From Promethearchaeota archaeon (GTDB lineage Archaea > Asgardarchaeota > Lokiarchaeia > Sigyniarchaeales > SOKP01): a DNA stretch of 64,000 nt. The stretch is taken from assembly GCA_048941015.1 (NCBI GenBank), contig JBHLNZ010000008.1:16596-80595 (forward strand). The letters are read 5' to 3'. Both the position numbers and the translations under genes were made by a program. The notes below the pieces were generated by a model. That model saw only the letters and a list, made by a program, of their open reading frames with translations, was not told where the DNA came from and did no database searches. Below, piece by piece: positions 18,760 to 27,352 of the stretch. Position 1 is the stretch's first letter. The number at the start of each line of letters is the position of its first letter.

Positions 18760-19257
18760 ATGAATGTTAAAAGACATGATGGTCATGAGAGGGAAATTCC
18801 AAATGCACATATATATCATACTATTTTACCCATTATATTTATGATTACGTGGATCTTAGACTCTCTAATTTTTCAAGTCTCGATTATTTTGAACAATTTT
18901 GTACCTTTGATAATTAGATTCTCCCTTTTTATATTAATTTTTATAATTGCTATTATACTTATTATGCTATCTCACCGAGCATTATTTAAGAATCATCAAC
19001 CTCCTGCCAACGTAATTAAAACCGGTATTTTAGGTTATACCCGCAATCCAATGTACTTTGGTATTATGTTAATCTATGTTGCATTTATCTGTTTTTCTAT
19101 CTCACTGATCAGTGTTGGAATATTTGTTCTTGTGTTTCTCGTTTATAATAAGATGGTAAATTTTGAAGAGAAGCTACTTGAAAATATGTTTGGTGATAAA
19201 TATTTGGATTATAAAAGTAGAGTACCAAAATGGTTTCCAAATATATTTAAAAAATAA
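18760..19257 (+). CDS. ICMT/PEMT-family membrane methyltransferase
   Basis: TG...YTRNPMYFG, EEKLL..MFG..YLDYKSRVPKW. Confidence 0.9.
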   Translation: MNVKRHDGHEREIPNAHIYHTILPIIFMITWILDSLIFQVSIILNNFVPLIIRFSLFILIFIIAIILIMLSHRALFKNHQPPANVIKTGILGYTRNPMYFGIMLIYVAFICFSISLISVGIFVLVFLVYNKMVNFEEKLLENMFGDKYLDYKSRVPKWFPNIFKK

Positions 19258-19314
19258 ATAAATTTAAAAGAAGAGAACTACGGTTCTCAATTATACTCTT
19301 ATTATTATCAGTAG

Positions 19315-19869
19315 TTGATAAAAATCGCCCAAGAAAATAGTAATTCTCGACGTAAAAAACTTGTAGCTGTTCTAATAGTAAGTGGAATCTTTCTTGTAAT
19401 TATTTTACCTTTCCTTGCCGTAATTTTTTCAATTAATATTGAAAGTTTGTTTAATATTCCTAAATTGATACCTATACCATATAATATTATTGTTGGAATA
19501 ATTATTTTCCCTATTGGGTTTTATTGGTCAATATGGGCAAATACTGCTTTATATAAAATAGGTAATGGAACTCCAGTCCCATTAAAAGATACACAAACAA
19601 CTAAACTTGTTATCATTGGCCCCTATAAATACTCCAGAAATCCTATGGTCTTTGGGTATCTTTTATTATGGTTTGGGTTAGGATTTATATTTAATTCTAT
19701 TATTTTGTTATTTGGATTCACAATTTTAATAACTTTAGCGTTAATTCTATTTGTGAAAATTTGGGAGGAAAAAAATCTAGAAAAACGTTTTGGAAAATCA
19801 TATCTAGATTATAAGGAGTCAGTCTCCTTTATAATTCCTTTACCAAGGGCTAAAAATAAAACTGAATAG
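19315..19869 (+). CDS. ICMT/PEMT-family membrane methyltransferase
   Basis: GNGTPVP, LVIIGPYKYSRNPM, EEKNLEKRFGKSYLDYK. Confidence 0.9.
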   Translation: MIKIAQENSNSRRKKLVAVLIVSGIFLVIILPFLAVIFSINIESLFNIPKLIPIPYNIIVGIIIFPIGFYWSIWANTALYKIGNGTPVPLKDTQTTKLVIIGPYKYSRNPMVFGYLLLWFGLGFIFNSIILLFGFTILITLALILFVKIWEEKNLEKRFGKSYLDYKESVSFIIPLPRAKNKTE

Positions 19870-20016
19870 AGTGTTTATTTTAAAAAATTAAATGATTTTC
19901 GACTTATTTTTTAAATTTATTATATAAATTGCCTTTCTATTTTAAAATAATTAATAATAAGAATTTGGGAACTCTATTTAAAAATATATTATCAAGTTGG
20001 ATTTTGTGAAAATTTT

Positions 20017-20682
20017 ATGAAAGAGTCACATCATAACCATGAATGGAGCGGGGAAAGAGCAGAAAGATTTATTAAAACAATGGAAACAATGATAGATTCT
20101 CGATATAAACCTTTTGCTAAGCAAATTATCCACATATTGAATATTTACAATATGAAAAACAAAGAGATAATCTTGGATATTGGATGTGGTCCCGGTTTAC
20201 TCTTGTTTGAGATTAAGAAACTAAACCCAGACCTACAATTAATTGGTATTGATCCTTCCGAAGCAATGTTAAATGCAGCAAGAAAAAAAGCAAAAGAATA
20301 TAATTTTGGGGATTCAGAATTCAGAGTTGGATATGCTGAACAAATTCCTGTATCAAATAACGAGATAGAAATTGTTACTTGCTTCAATAGCCTACATGAT
20401 TTTAGAAATCCAGAAAAAACAATAGAAGAAGTTTCTCGTATTTTAAAAAATCAAGGCATATTCATTTTAAAGGATAAGAATGGTTCTTATCCCAGATGGA
20501 AAATGCGTTTACATTTTCTATCATTAGCATTAAAATTTGGAAGAAAACAAGCTAAAAGATATTATAAAAGCAGAACATATTGGCTTAAGGTTAATCAAGT
20601 GATTGATTTGATGTCTAAAAATGGTTTTGAAACTAAAATCTTTGAAAAGGAAGCAGATTTTTTGATATTGGGTAAAAAGTAA
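20017..20682 (+). CDS. Class I SAM methyltransferase (UbiE-like)
   Basis: ILDIGCGPG, GIDPSEAML, SLHDF, RILKNQG. Confidence 0.9.
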   Translation: MKESHHNHEWSGERAERFIKTMETMIDSRYKPFAKQIIHILNIYNMKNKEIILDIGCGPGLLLFEIKKLNPDLQLIGIDPSEAMLNAARKKAKEYNFGDSEFRVGYAEQIPVSNNEIEIVTCFNSLHDFRNPEKTIEEVSRILKNQGIFILKDKNGSYPRWKMRLHFLSLALKFGRKQAKRYYKSRTYWLKVNQVIDLMSKNGFETKIFEKEADFLILGKK

Positions 20683-20873
20683 GATAATTTATCTGGCTTT
20701 AGAGTTATATTTTAATTTCTATCAGTAGCACCAATTTTAGTAATTTTCCCACTGAAGGATATTTATGATGAAAGATTAGAAATTAAATTAACTAGGTTGA
20801 AAGTAAAAAAAATTTTTAAACTTTAATTGAATTAATTCTTATATTAGCATATGTTAATAACAGGCAGAATACA

Positions 20874-21635
20874 ATGAAATTGTATAACATCAGTGATAAT
20901 GGAGATTTAACTGAATTAAATCAACTAGATTTTAAGGAAAACGATGTTTATCTTGTTGATGATATTGAAAAAAATACAGTTTATATGTGGGTTGGATTAA
21001 ATGTTCCTCAATATAAAAAGGATATTACTGCAGCATGGGCTCGAAGATTAGATAAAGAGAGAGGAAGTTCCTCGAAAATATTGATTATGAAACAGAAAAG
21101 AGAATATGGTTCATTTTTAGCCATGATGGAAGATTTGAGAAAAGGTTTAATTCCAGGACATACAGCGGAAAGAAGACCAGAGTTAATATTAGAAAAACCT
21201 AAAAAAGAGATTGAACTTGTCAGTAACCAAGAGAAAAAAGTAGATCAAGTGATTATTTCTGAAAAATCAGAGTTAGAAACACGGATTCTTGCATGGTTGA
21301 ATCAAACTAAAACATACAGAAGATTAGAAACCGAAAAAGCACCTTTAGAAACAGAAGATAGAGAGGAAATTGATTTTGAAACTCAGATTAGAGATGCTGC
21401 TTATTTTCTATCTTTGGATCGCTATACATATGATGAATTATGTTGGATGTTAGCTGAAAAAATTCAAAAAATAAATATGAGAATGCCTTCTATTGAAGAT
21501 ATTAAAAAGAAAGCCGAGGAAGTATTTAATTCTTCAAGTAGCTATGATGAGTTATGTTGGTTAAATGCGGAAATGGATATATTAATCTTAAAAAAGTATA
21601 TTGAAAAGGATAAAAAGCCTTTTGATTTTCTTTAA
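20874..21635 (+). CDS. Single gelsolin-domain protein with duplicated helical C-terminal domain (1DGelX-like)
   Basis: FKENDVYLVD...VYMWVG...Q.RE..SFL gelsolin pattern; C-terminal YDELCW.(L/N)AE twice. Confidence 0.75.
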   Translation: MKLYNISDNGDLTELNQLDFKENDVYLVDDIEKNTVYMWVGLNVPQYKKDITAAWARRLDKERGSSSKILIMKQKREYGSFLAMMEDLRKGLIPGHTAERRPELILEKPKKEIELVSNQEKKVDQVIISEKSELETRILAWLNQTKTYRRLETEKAPLETEDREEIDFETQIRDAAYFLSLDRYTYDELCWMLAEKIQKINMRMPSIEDIKKKAEEVFNSSSSYDELCWLNAEMDILILKKYIEKDKKPFDFL

Positions 21636-21639
21636 AATT

Positions 21640-21975
21640 TTACGATTTTATCATTATTAACATCATTTTAAATCTTTCTAGTGCTTTTAGAGCATGGGGT
21701 TCATTCGCGGGCATAATGATCATCTGCCCTTTTATTAAAATATAACTTTTTTTTGAAATGATAATATCTGCTTTGCCATCAAAAATGTAAACGAGAGCGT
21801 CAAAGGGAGCAGTATGTTCACTTAAACCTTGGTTTTCATCAAAAGAAAATAGTGTAACTGTCCCTACATTTTTATCAATTAAAGTTCTACTTACAATAGA
21901 CCCTTCTTGATAATCTAAAAGACTATCTAAATTTAAAATTTGACTTAATTTAGTATTAGGATTAATTTCATCCAT
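21640..21975 (-). CDS. Cupin-domain protein
   Basis: TLFSFDENQGLSEHTAPFDA...MPANEPHAL. Confidence 0.9.
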   Translation of the reverse strand: MDEINPNTKLSQILNLDSLLDYQEGSIVSRTLIDKNVGTVTLFSFDENQGLSEHTAPFDALVYIFDGKADIIISKKSYILIKGQMIIMPANEPHALKALERFKMMLIMIKS

Positions 21976-22145
21976 ATTAAAATCACCTTCTTGAAAAAAA
22001 ATTTATTAATAAATTAATGATTAATTTCCATTTAAAATTAGATTTGAACATGTTCTTTTCTATATATTAATTTAATTTATAAAAGTTATTCGGAATGGAT
22101 AATTAGTCTCCTTCTTAAAAGGGATTCATTTCCCAACAAATCACT

Positions 22146-22901
22146 TCATGTTTGCTTAATAACCTCAAAAAGCATCTTGAGTGCACTTAAACCTTTAATA
22201 GTAATAGAATATGATTTATCAAGCTCACTACTTTCTACAAATTTAGCATCTTTTAATTCCTTAAGATGAAAATTAAATTGACCTCCTTTTAATCCTACTA
22301 TTCTTTCTAATTGTGTATAGTAATTCCTTCCTTTACTTAATTCTTTTAAGATTTTGATACGATTTTCATTGCCTAATACAGACATAAGCTTACTTTCTTC
22401 TTTTTCATTTCCTTCAAATAATTCAAATTCGTTTTCTCGTTTCAATAATTCCTTGAAATCTGAAATTGAGTTTTGCTTTGTGGTATTTAAGAAATCACTA
22501 ATATTAATTAAAATTAATTTAAAATTATCCAAACAAACACTATCTTGGCAAATTCCATTTTCTAGGTAAGAATCAATTGAGTTAATATATCGATTTATTA
22601 ATATACTCGCCTCATAATGACCCTGTTCTGAAAAAACTCTTAATATCTTCATTACTCGTTTTTGGATAATGGTAGAACACTGATTAATTACTTGACAATT
22701 TTTTGGTCTATTATCCAAAAATTGATTTATCATTTCTTCAGTAGATTTTATTAATTTTGTATGAGAATTAGAACTTATTTGATTCCTTGTTATGAGGGAA
22801 AAATCAAGTTTCATCTTCAGAATTAAATCTTGTAAAAAAGCGAGTTTATTATTTAGTTCTTCAAATTTGCTATCCATGGTCTTTGGTTCTATTGAGTTCA
22901 T
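22146..22901 (-). CDS. Regulator with Cys-containing N-terminal region and C-terminal ArsR wHTH
   Basis: LGNENRIKILKEL...GLKGGQFNFHLKEL...YSITIKG. Confidence 0.85.
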   Translation of the reverse strand: MNSIEPKTMDSKFEELNNKLAFLQDLILKMKLDFSLITRNQISSNSHTKLIKSTEEMINQFLDNRPKNCQVINQCSTIIQKRVMKILRVFSEQGHYEASILINRYINSIDSYLENGICQDSVCLDNFKLILINISDFLNTTKQNSISDFKELLKRENEFELFEGNEKEESKLMSVLGNENRIKILKELSKGRNYYTQLERIVGLKGGQFNFHLKELKDAKFVESSELDKSYSITIKGLSALKMLFEVIKQT

Positions 22902-22911
22902 AATGAGAAGA

Positions 22912-22954
22912 TACTACAAAATAGTGTAGTAAATACTACTACATTTATATAGTA
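22912..22954. promoter_or_regulatory. Inverted-repeat operator TACTACA-N6-TGTAGTA plus a degenerate second copy
   Basis: tactaca 22912-22918 / tgtagta 22925-22931; tactaca 22937-22943 / tatagta 22948-22954; between divergent genes. Confidence 0.65.
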
Positions 22955-22961
22955 TGAATAA

Positions 22962-24134
22962 TTGGCATTATATATAAAATTAACCATTGGTTTACGAAAA
23001 ATGGCAGAAAAATATGAATTAATGAAGGAAGATAATTTAGAAGTATATAAGAAATTGCGTCAGCATCTTGATAAATTACCTATTGGATACCCTGAAACAA
23101 AATCCGGAGTTGAAATGCGGATTTTAAAGCATTTATTTACTCTAGATCAAGCTGAAATTGCATTAAGTCTTGGATTTTATCCAGATAACATAAAAAAATT
23201 GCAGAGAAAATTAAAGAAATATAGTAGCGAAGAATTAGAGCATCGCTTAGATGAAATGTATTTTAAGGGTCTAATAAATCGAGGTATTAGAAATGAAAGC
23301 GGAACAGAAGAAAAGTATTACGCTTTAGCACCCTTAGCAATAGGTATGTATGAATATCAATTAAATCAATTAACTCCAGAATTTTTTAGGGATGTGGAAG
23401 AGTATTTCGATGAGGCATTCTTAGATGAGTTTAATAAAACTCATATCCCCCAGTTACGTACTATCCCTATAGAGCAGACTTTTGATTATGAACAAACTAT
23501 TGCTTCATATGATGATTTAAGAAATGTGATTGAAAATATAGGAGGGCCAATTGCAGTGTTTGATTGTATCTGTAGAAAAGGTACTGATCTGATTGGTGAA
23601 CCATGCAAAAAAACAGATCTCCGTGAATCGTGCTTTTCCTTCAGGACTGCTGCTAAAGTATACATTGAGAAAGGCCTTGGAAGAGAGATCAGCAAGGAAG
23701 AAGCTCTTAAAATATTAGAAAAGGCACAAGAAGATGGTTTAGTTCTTCAACCAGGAAATTCTCAACGACCAATGAATATATGTACATGCTGTGGTTGTTG
23801 CTGTGGGGTATTGTCGCATCAAAAGAAACTTGATGAACCAGCTCAATTTTTTGCAACAAATTTCTATGCTAAAGTTGATCCTGATGAATGTATCGGGTGT
23901 GGAACTTGTGAAGAAAGATGTAATATGAACGCTGTTCACGTGGAAGATGCCATCGCAGTTGTGGATTTAGCTCGTTGTATTGGATGTGGTGCGTGCGTTC
24001 CAACTTGTACTTCCGAAGCAATAAAATTATATAAAAAAGAAGAAGAAATCATACCACCCAAGAGTACTGTAGAAACTTATTTAGCTATAATGGATAAAAA
24101 GGCGGAATTAGCTAGAGCAGAAAAAAGTAATTAA
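22962..24134 (+). CDS. Multi-cluster Fe-S protein with C-terminal 2x[4Fe-4S] ferredoxin domain
   Basis: CICR, CTCCGCCCG, CIGCGTCEERC, CIGCGACVPTC; likely start at ATG 23001. Confidence 0.9.
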   Translation: MALYIKLTIGLRKMAEKYELMKEDNLEVYKKLRQHLDKLPIGYPETKSGVEMRILKHLFTLDQAEIALSLGFYPDNIKKLQRKLKKYSSEELEHRLDEMYFKGLINRGIRNESGTEEKYYALAPLAIGMYEYQLNQLTPEFFRDVEEYFDEAFLDEFNKTHIPQLRTIPIEQTFDYEQTIASYDDLRNVIENIGGPIAVFDCICRKGTDLIGEPCKKTDLRESCFSFRTAAKVYIEKGLGREISKEEALKILEKAQEDGLVLQPGNSQRPMNICTCCGCCCGVLSHQKKLDEPAQFFATNFYAKVDPDECIGCGTCEERCNMNAVHVEDAIAVVDLARCIGCGACVPTCTSEAIKLYKKEEEIIPPKSTVETYLAIMDKKAELARAEKSN

Positions 24135-24157
24135 ATTTTATCTATTTATAAATAAAC

Positions 24158-25183
24158 TTATTCTTTTTTTGAGTCGACTAAACTATAGTAGGAGGCAGGG
24201 CGCCCAATACCTTCATTATCAACTATTTCTTTTATTTTTCCATCTTTAATTAAATATGTTAAAATTTCTTTTAGTTTTCCGCCTCCTATTCTTGACTTAG
24301 TACTTAGATCTCTGGTTTTAATTGATTTATGCTTCTCAATTATATCTAAAACGTTTTGAATAGGCTCTGGATACTCAATTGCTACTTTTTTAATAATCGT
24401 TAAAACGTCTAAATAATTTTTTGCCTGTTTTGCAAAATTTCCTCGAAATCCATCACAATGAAAAACCTCATTCTCTCTAAATATTATTGCGTTTAAATAA
24501 TTCTCATCCAATAAAATGTGCCCAATATTTACAATATCATCGTTATATCTTACTACTTGGCATGTACGCTCTTCAGTCTGAATTATTTCCATTCTAATTC
24601 TCTTTAAAGTATCGGTTAATTCTTCAAAATAATTAGGATAATATTCAAAATCTGAAAGAGAAAAATAGATCCTAATGTCTAAGCCTCTTATAAAAGCATC
24701 ATAGAGGACTGGTTCTAGCTTTCTAAGTACAAAAGGCGGTAATGAGGTCATTACAATTTCTTCCTTTGTATCATAAATAAGATCAAATAAATTTTCTATT
24801 GCAAGGTTAATATTGGAGTAATGGTAAAATGAAACATCTTTCAAGCATCGACCGAATTTACTCTGTTGAATCTGGAGTTCTTCGTCTAAAGTTCTTATAT
24901 TTTGTTTAAATTTATCGAATTTATTATTTAGTAATTCTGTTAAAGCGATTTTTGGATTTGTTCTGTAATAAATCTTGGGTTTTGAATCAGTAGAAGACTC
25001 AACTAGGTTTTTCTCTTCTAAAAAGAGTAGATTGTGATATACTTGGGTATAAGAGTAATTTAATTCATTTTTGATATCTATTATAGTTCCAAATTTATTT
25101 TTCAATAAATATTGATAGATATTCAATTGAATATCAGAAAAACCAAAATCATTAAGGAAGGAGATTAGACTGGAATTTATCAT
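24158..25183 (-). CDS. TrmB-family transcriptional regulator with extra C-terminal HTH
   Basis: LNDFGFSDIQLNIYQYLL...YTQVYHNLLFLEEKNLV...PKIY; start trimmed from 25279 to ATG 25183. Confidence 0.8.
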   Translation of the reverse strand: MINSSLISFLNDFGFSDIQLNIYQYLLKNKFGTIIDIKNELNYSYTQVYHNLLFLEEKNLVESSTDSKPKIYYRTNPKIALTELLNNKFDKFKQNIRTLDEELQIQQSKFGRCLKDVSFYHYSNINLAIENLFDLIYDTKEEIVMTSLPPFVLRKLEPVLYDAFIRGLDIRIYFSLSDFEYYPNYFEELTDTLKRIRMEIIQTEERTCQVVRYNDDIVNIGHILLDENYLNAIIFRENEVFHCDGFRGNFAKQAKNYLDVLTIIKKVAIEYPEPIQNVLDIIEKHKSIKTRDLSTKSRIGGGKLKEILTYLIKDGKIKEIVDNEGIGRPASYYSLVDSKKE

Positions 25184-25225
25184 TATAAATAAAAAACGGA
25201 TTGTAGTTATGTACTTATTAAAATA

Positions 25226-25283
25226 ATTTGTGACATGATTTAAAAATATTTTGTATGGCAAATAATTTTTTATTGTCACAAAT
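25226..25283. promoter_or_regulatory. Perfect 10-bp inverted repeat ATTTGTGACA-N38-TGTCACAAAT
   Basis: Arms at 25226-25235 and 25274-25283 in the divergent promoter next to the TrmB-like gene. Confidence 0.55.
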
Positions 25284-25338
25284 AATATATTACCTTAATA
25301 TCCATTAAAAATAAATTAAGAAAATTAATGTGAAAAAA

Positions 25339-25470
25339 ATGGCAGTATGTAAAGATTGTAAATTTTACAAACCAATTGATGATACTAAGGGAGATTGTTT
25401 TGGTCATGAAGTACCAGCAAATTTAGATGCTGACAAATGCCCAACAAACAGTTTTCAACCAAGAAATTAA
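25339..25470 (+). CDS. 43-aa four-Cys microprotein, HpdC/BssC-like putative Fe-S module
   Basis: Not in ORF track. MAVCKDCKFYKPIDDTKGDCFGHEVPANLDADKCPTNSFQPRN; more GC-rich than flanks; stop 3 bp before next ORF. Confidence 0.8.
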   Translation: MAVCKDCKFYKPIDDTKGDCFGHEVPANLDADKCPTNSFQPRN

Positions 25471-25473
25471 AAG

Positions 25474-26106
25474 GTGATTAATTTGCCCTCAAAAATCGAT
25501 TTCAAAAAGACCATGAAAGAATTATATCAACCAAGCTCGAAAGAAGTTGTTAATGTTAAAGTTCCTAGTATGCAATTTTTAATGATTGATGGCATAGGTT
25601 CTCCAGGAGATGCTCAGGAATACTTAGATGCTCTTGCTACTCTTTATCCCGTAGCTTTTAAAATCAAGTTCTTAAGCAAGGCAAATGGTAAAGATTATGT
25701 AGTTGCTCCTTTAGAGGGGTTATGGTGGGCAGATAATATGAGTGATTTTACAGAAGGAAAACGCGATAAATGGAAATGGACAATGATGATAATGCAACCT
25801 AATTGGATAACGAAAGAAATGGTTGATGAAACAATAAAAGTAACGAAAAAAAATAAACCTGAACTCCTTGGAGGAATCAAAAAACTTAGATTTGAAAAAT
25901 ATAATGAAGGAAAATGTGCTCAGATAATGCACATCGGCCCATATTCAGAAGAGGGCCCTACAGTCAAAAAGGTTCACGATTTTATAGAAAAGCAAAATGG
26001 GAAATTCGACGGGCACGTTCAGAAGCACCACGAGATCTATCTAAGCGATCCAAGAAGAGCAAAACCCGAAAATATGAAGACTATAATAAGACAACCTTAT
26101 TTATAA
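25474..26106 (+). CDS. GyrI-like small-molecule-binding protein
   Basis: FLMIDGIGSP, PLEGLWW, WKWTMMIMQP, HIGPYSEE, HHEIYLSDPRR. Confidence 0.9.
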   Translation: MINLPSKIDFKKTMKELYQPSSKEVVNVKVPSMQFLMIDGIGSPGDAQEYLDALATLYPVAFKIKFLSKANGKDYVVAPLEGLWWADNMSDFTEGKRDKWKWTMMIMQPNWITKEMVDETIKVTKKNKPELLGGIKKLRFEKYNEGKCAQIMHIGPYSEEGPTVKKVHDFIEKQNGKFDGHVQKHHEIYLSDPRRAKPENMKTIIRQPYL

Positions 26107-26211
26107 AAAAAATTAATCTTTTATTTCTTTTTTAACGTAAAGAGCAAATATTTTTAATATCTTCAACTAATTCTTTATTAATCAAAAAATATACTTAGGG
26201 GATTATGATTT

Positions 26212-26595
26212 ATGCCTGAGAATTTTGGAGATTCAATAAAGAGGATTTATGAACCTTTAAACCAGTCGGAAAAATTTAAAGAAAAATATAAAGAAGAGCA
26301 ATTTAAAGTGCTTTTAAATCCTAAAGATGGCGATTATGCTGCCTTATTATCAATTGATAAAGGAAAAATTTCTGTTGAAAGCATTAGAAATAAACCTAAA
26401 CTGAATTTAGATAAAGAAACTTTAGGGTGGGATGGCTTCCTACAAACTAAAATAGAAATATTCAAAGATATTGGCGATGGAAAGCTTAAGGGCGGAGATA
26501 TAGTAAAGAAAGTAGTTACAGGTAAGATTAAAGTAAGGGGGCCAAAATTTTTAACCCAATTTGCTGAATTAGGCTCTATATTAAAAGAAGACTAA
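26212..26595 (+). CDS. SCP2-like lipid-binding domain protein
   Basis: C-terminal G.L.G...VVTGKIKVRG typical of the SCP2 fold. Confidence 0.65.
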   Translation: MPENFGDSIKRIYEPLNQSEKFKEKYKEEQFKVLLNPKDGDYAALLSIDKGKISVESIRNKPKLNLDKETLGWDGFLQTKIEIFKDIGDGKLKGGDIVKKVVTGKIKVRGPKFLTQFAELGSILKED

Positions 26596-26726
26596 TCATT
26601 TTCTTTTTTATTTTATTAAGTTTGAATAAACATTCATTATATACCACTATATACCATAGATTTATATAACTTGATCTTTTATCTTGACTAAAATTGTTTT
26701 AATAATAAATTGGTGAAGTCAAAAAA

Positions 26727-27305
26727 ATGAGTAGTGAAGAGATTAGTAGCGAAGCCTTTTGGAAAAAAAAGATCAAAGATCATAAGATTGCATTTATAAT
26801 TATGATTATTGCAGGTGCTTGTGCAATTCTTGGATTACTACTAGTATTATTCTGGTTTATAGGTGCATCTCCTCTCGGGGGTAATGGAACTTGGACTTTC
26901 AATCAATGGTCAGTAGGCACATTATTATTATTTTTTGTGTTTTTGGTTTTATTTGAGCTTTTGTTTGTTGGCGTTCCAGCAGCTCTATTTTTTGGAATTG
27001 GAGGATATTTATGGTGGCGAAGATTACCAACTGAAGAAAAACAAGAATTTAAAGACAGAGAGAAGAAAGAGACTCATAAAAAGAGAAACTGGGGTGGTGG
27101 GGGTGGATTTAGTTTCTTTATATTCCTTGCTTATTGTATTTATTTAGCAGTTGATGGTAACTTCAATACAGCATTTGGTACTTATCCCTATACTTATTGG
27201 CTCTATACATGGTTCCTAACAATAATGTGGATTGTGATTGTGCTTGGTGTTCCAGCTGGTATAATTTTACTTATTGTCTACTTTAAAGTATGGCGAAAAA
27301 AATAA
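26727..27305 (+). CDS. 4-TM membrane protein of unknown function
   Basis: Four hydrophobic segments; charged loop ending WGGGGG. Confidence 0.75.
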   Translation: MSSEEISSEAFWKKKIKDHKIAFIIMIIAGACAILGLLLVLFWFIGASPLGGNGTWTFNQWSVGTLLLFFVFLVLFELLFVGVPAALFFGIGGYLWWRRLPTEEKQEFKDREKKETHKKRNWGGGGGFSFFIFLAYCIYLAVDGNFNTAFGTYPYTYWLYTWFLTIMWIVIVLGVPAGIILLIVYFKVWRKK

Positions 27306-27320
27306 TTGTAAAATAAGCTA

Positions 27321-27333
27321 TTTTTTTTTTTTT
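27321..27333 (+). terminator. Oligo-T tract, probable archaeal terminator
   Basis: 13 consecutive T shortly after the 27305 stop, between convergent genes. Confidence 0.5.
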
Positions 27334-27352
27334 ATTTAAAAAGTAAATGAAT

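Noticed and set aside
18760-19869. ICMT-like genes as CaaX-processing enzymes for the small GTPases
   Set aside because: None of the GTPases has a C-terminal Cys motif, and this family is widespread in prokaryotes with other substrates
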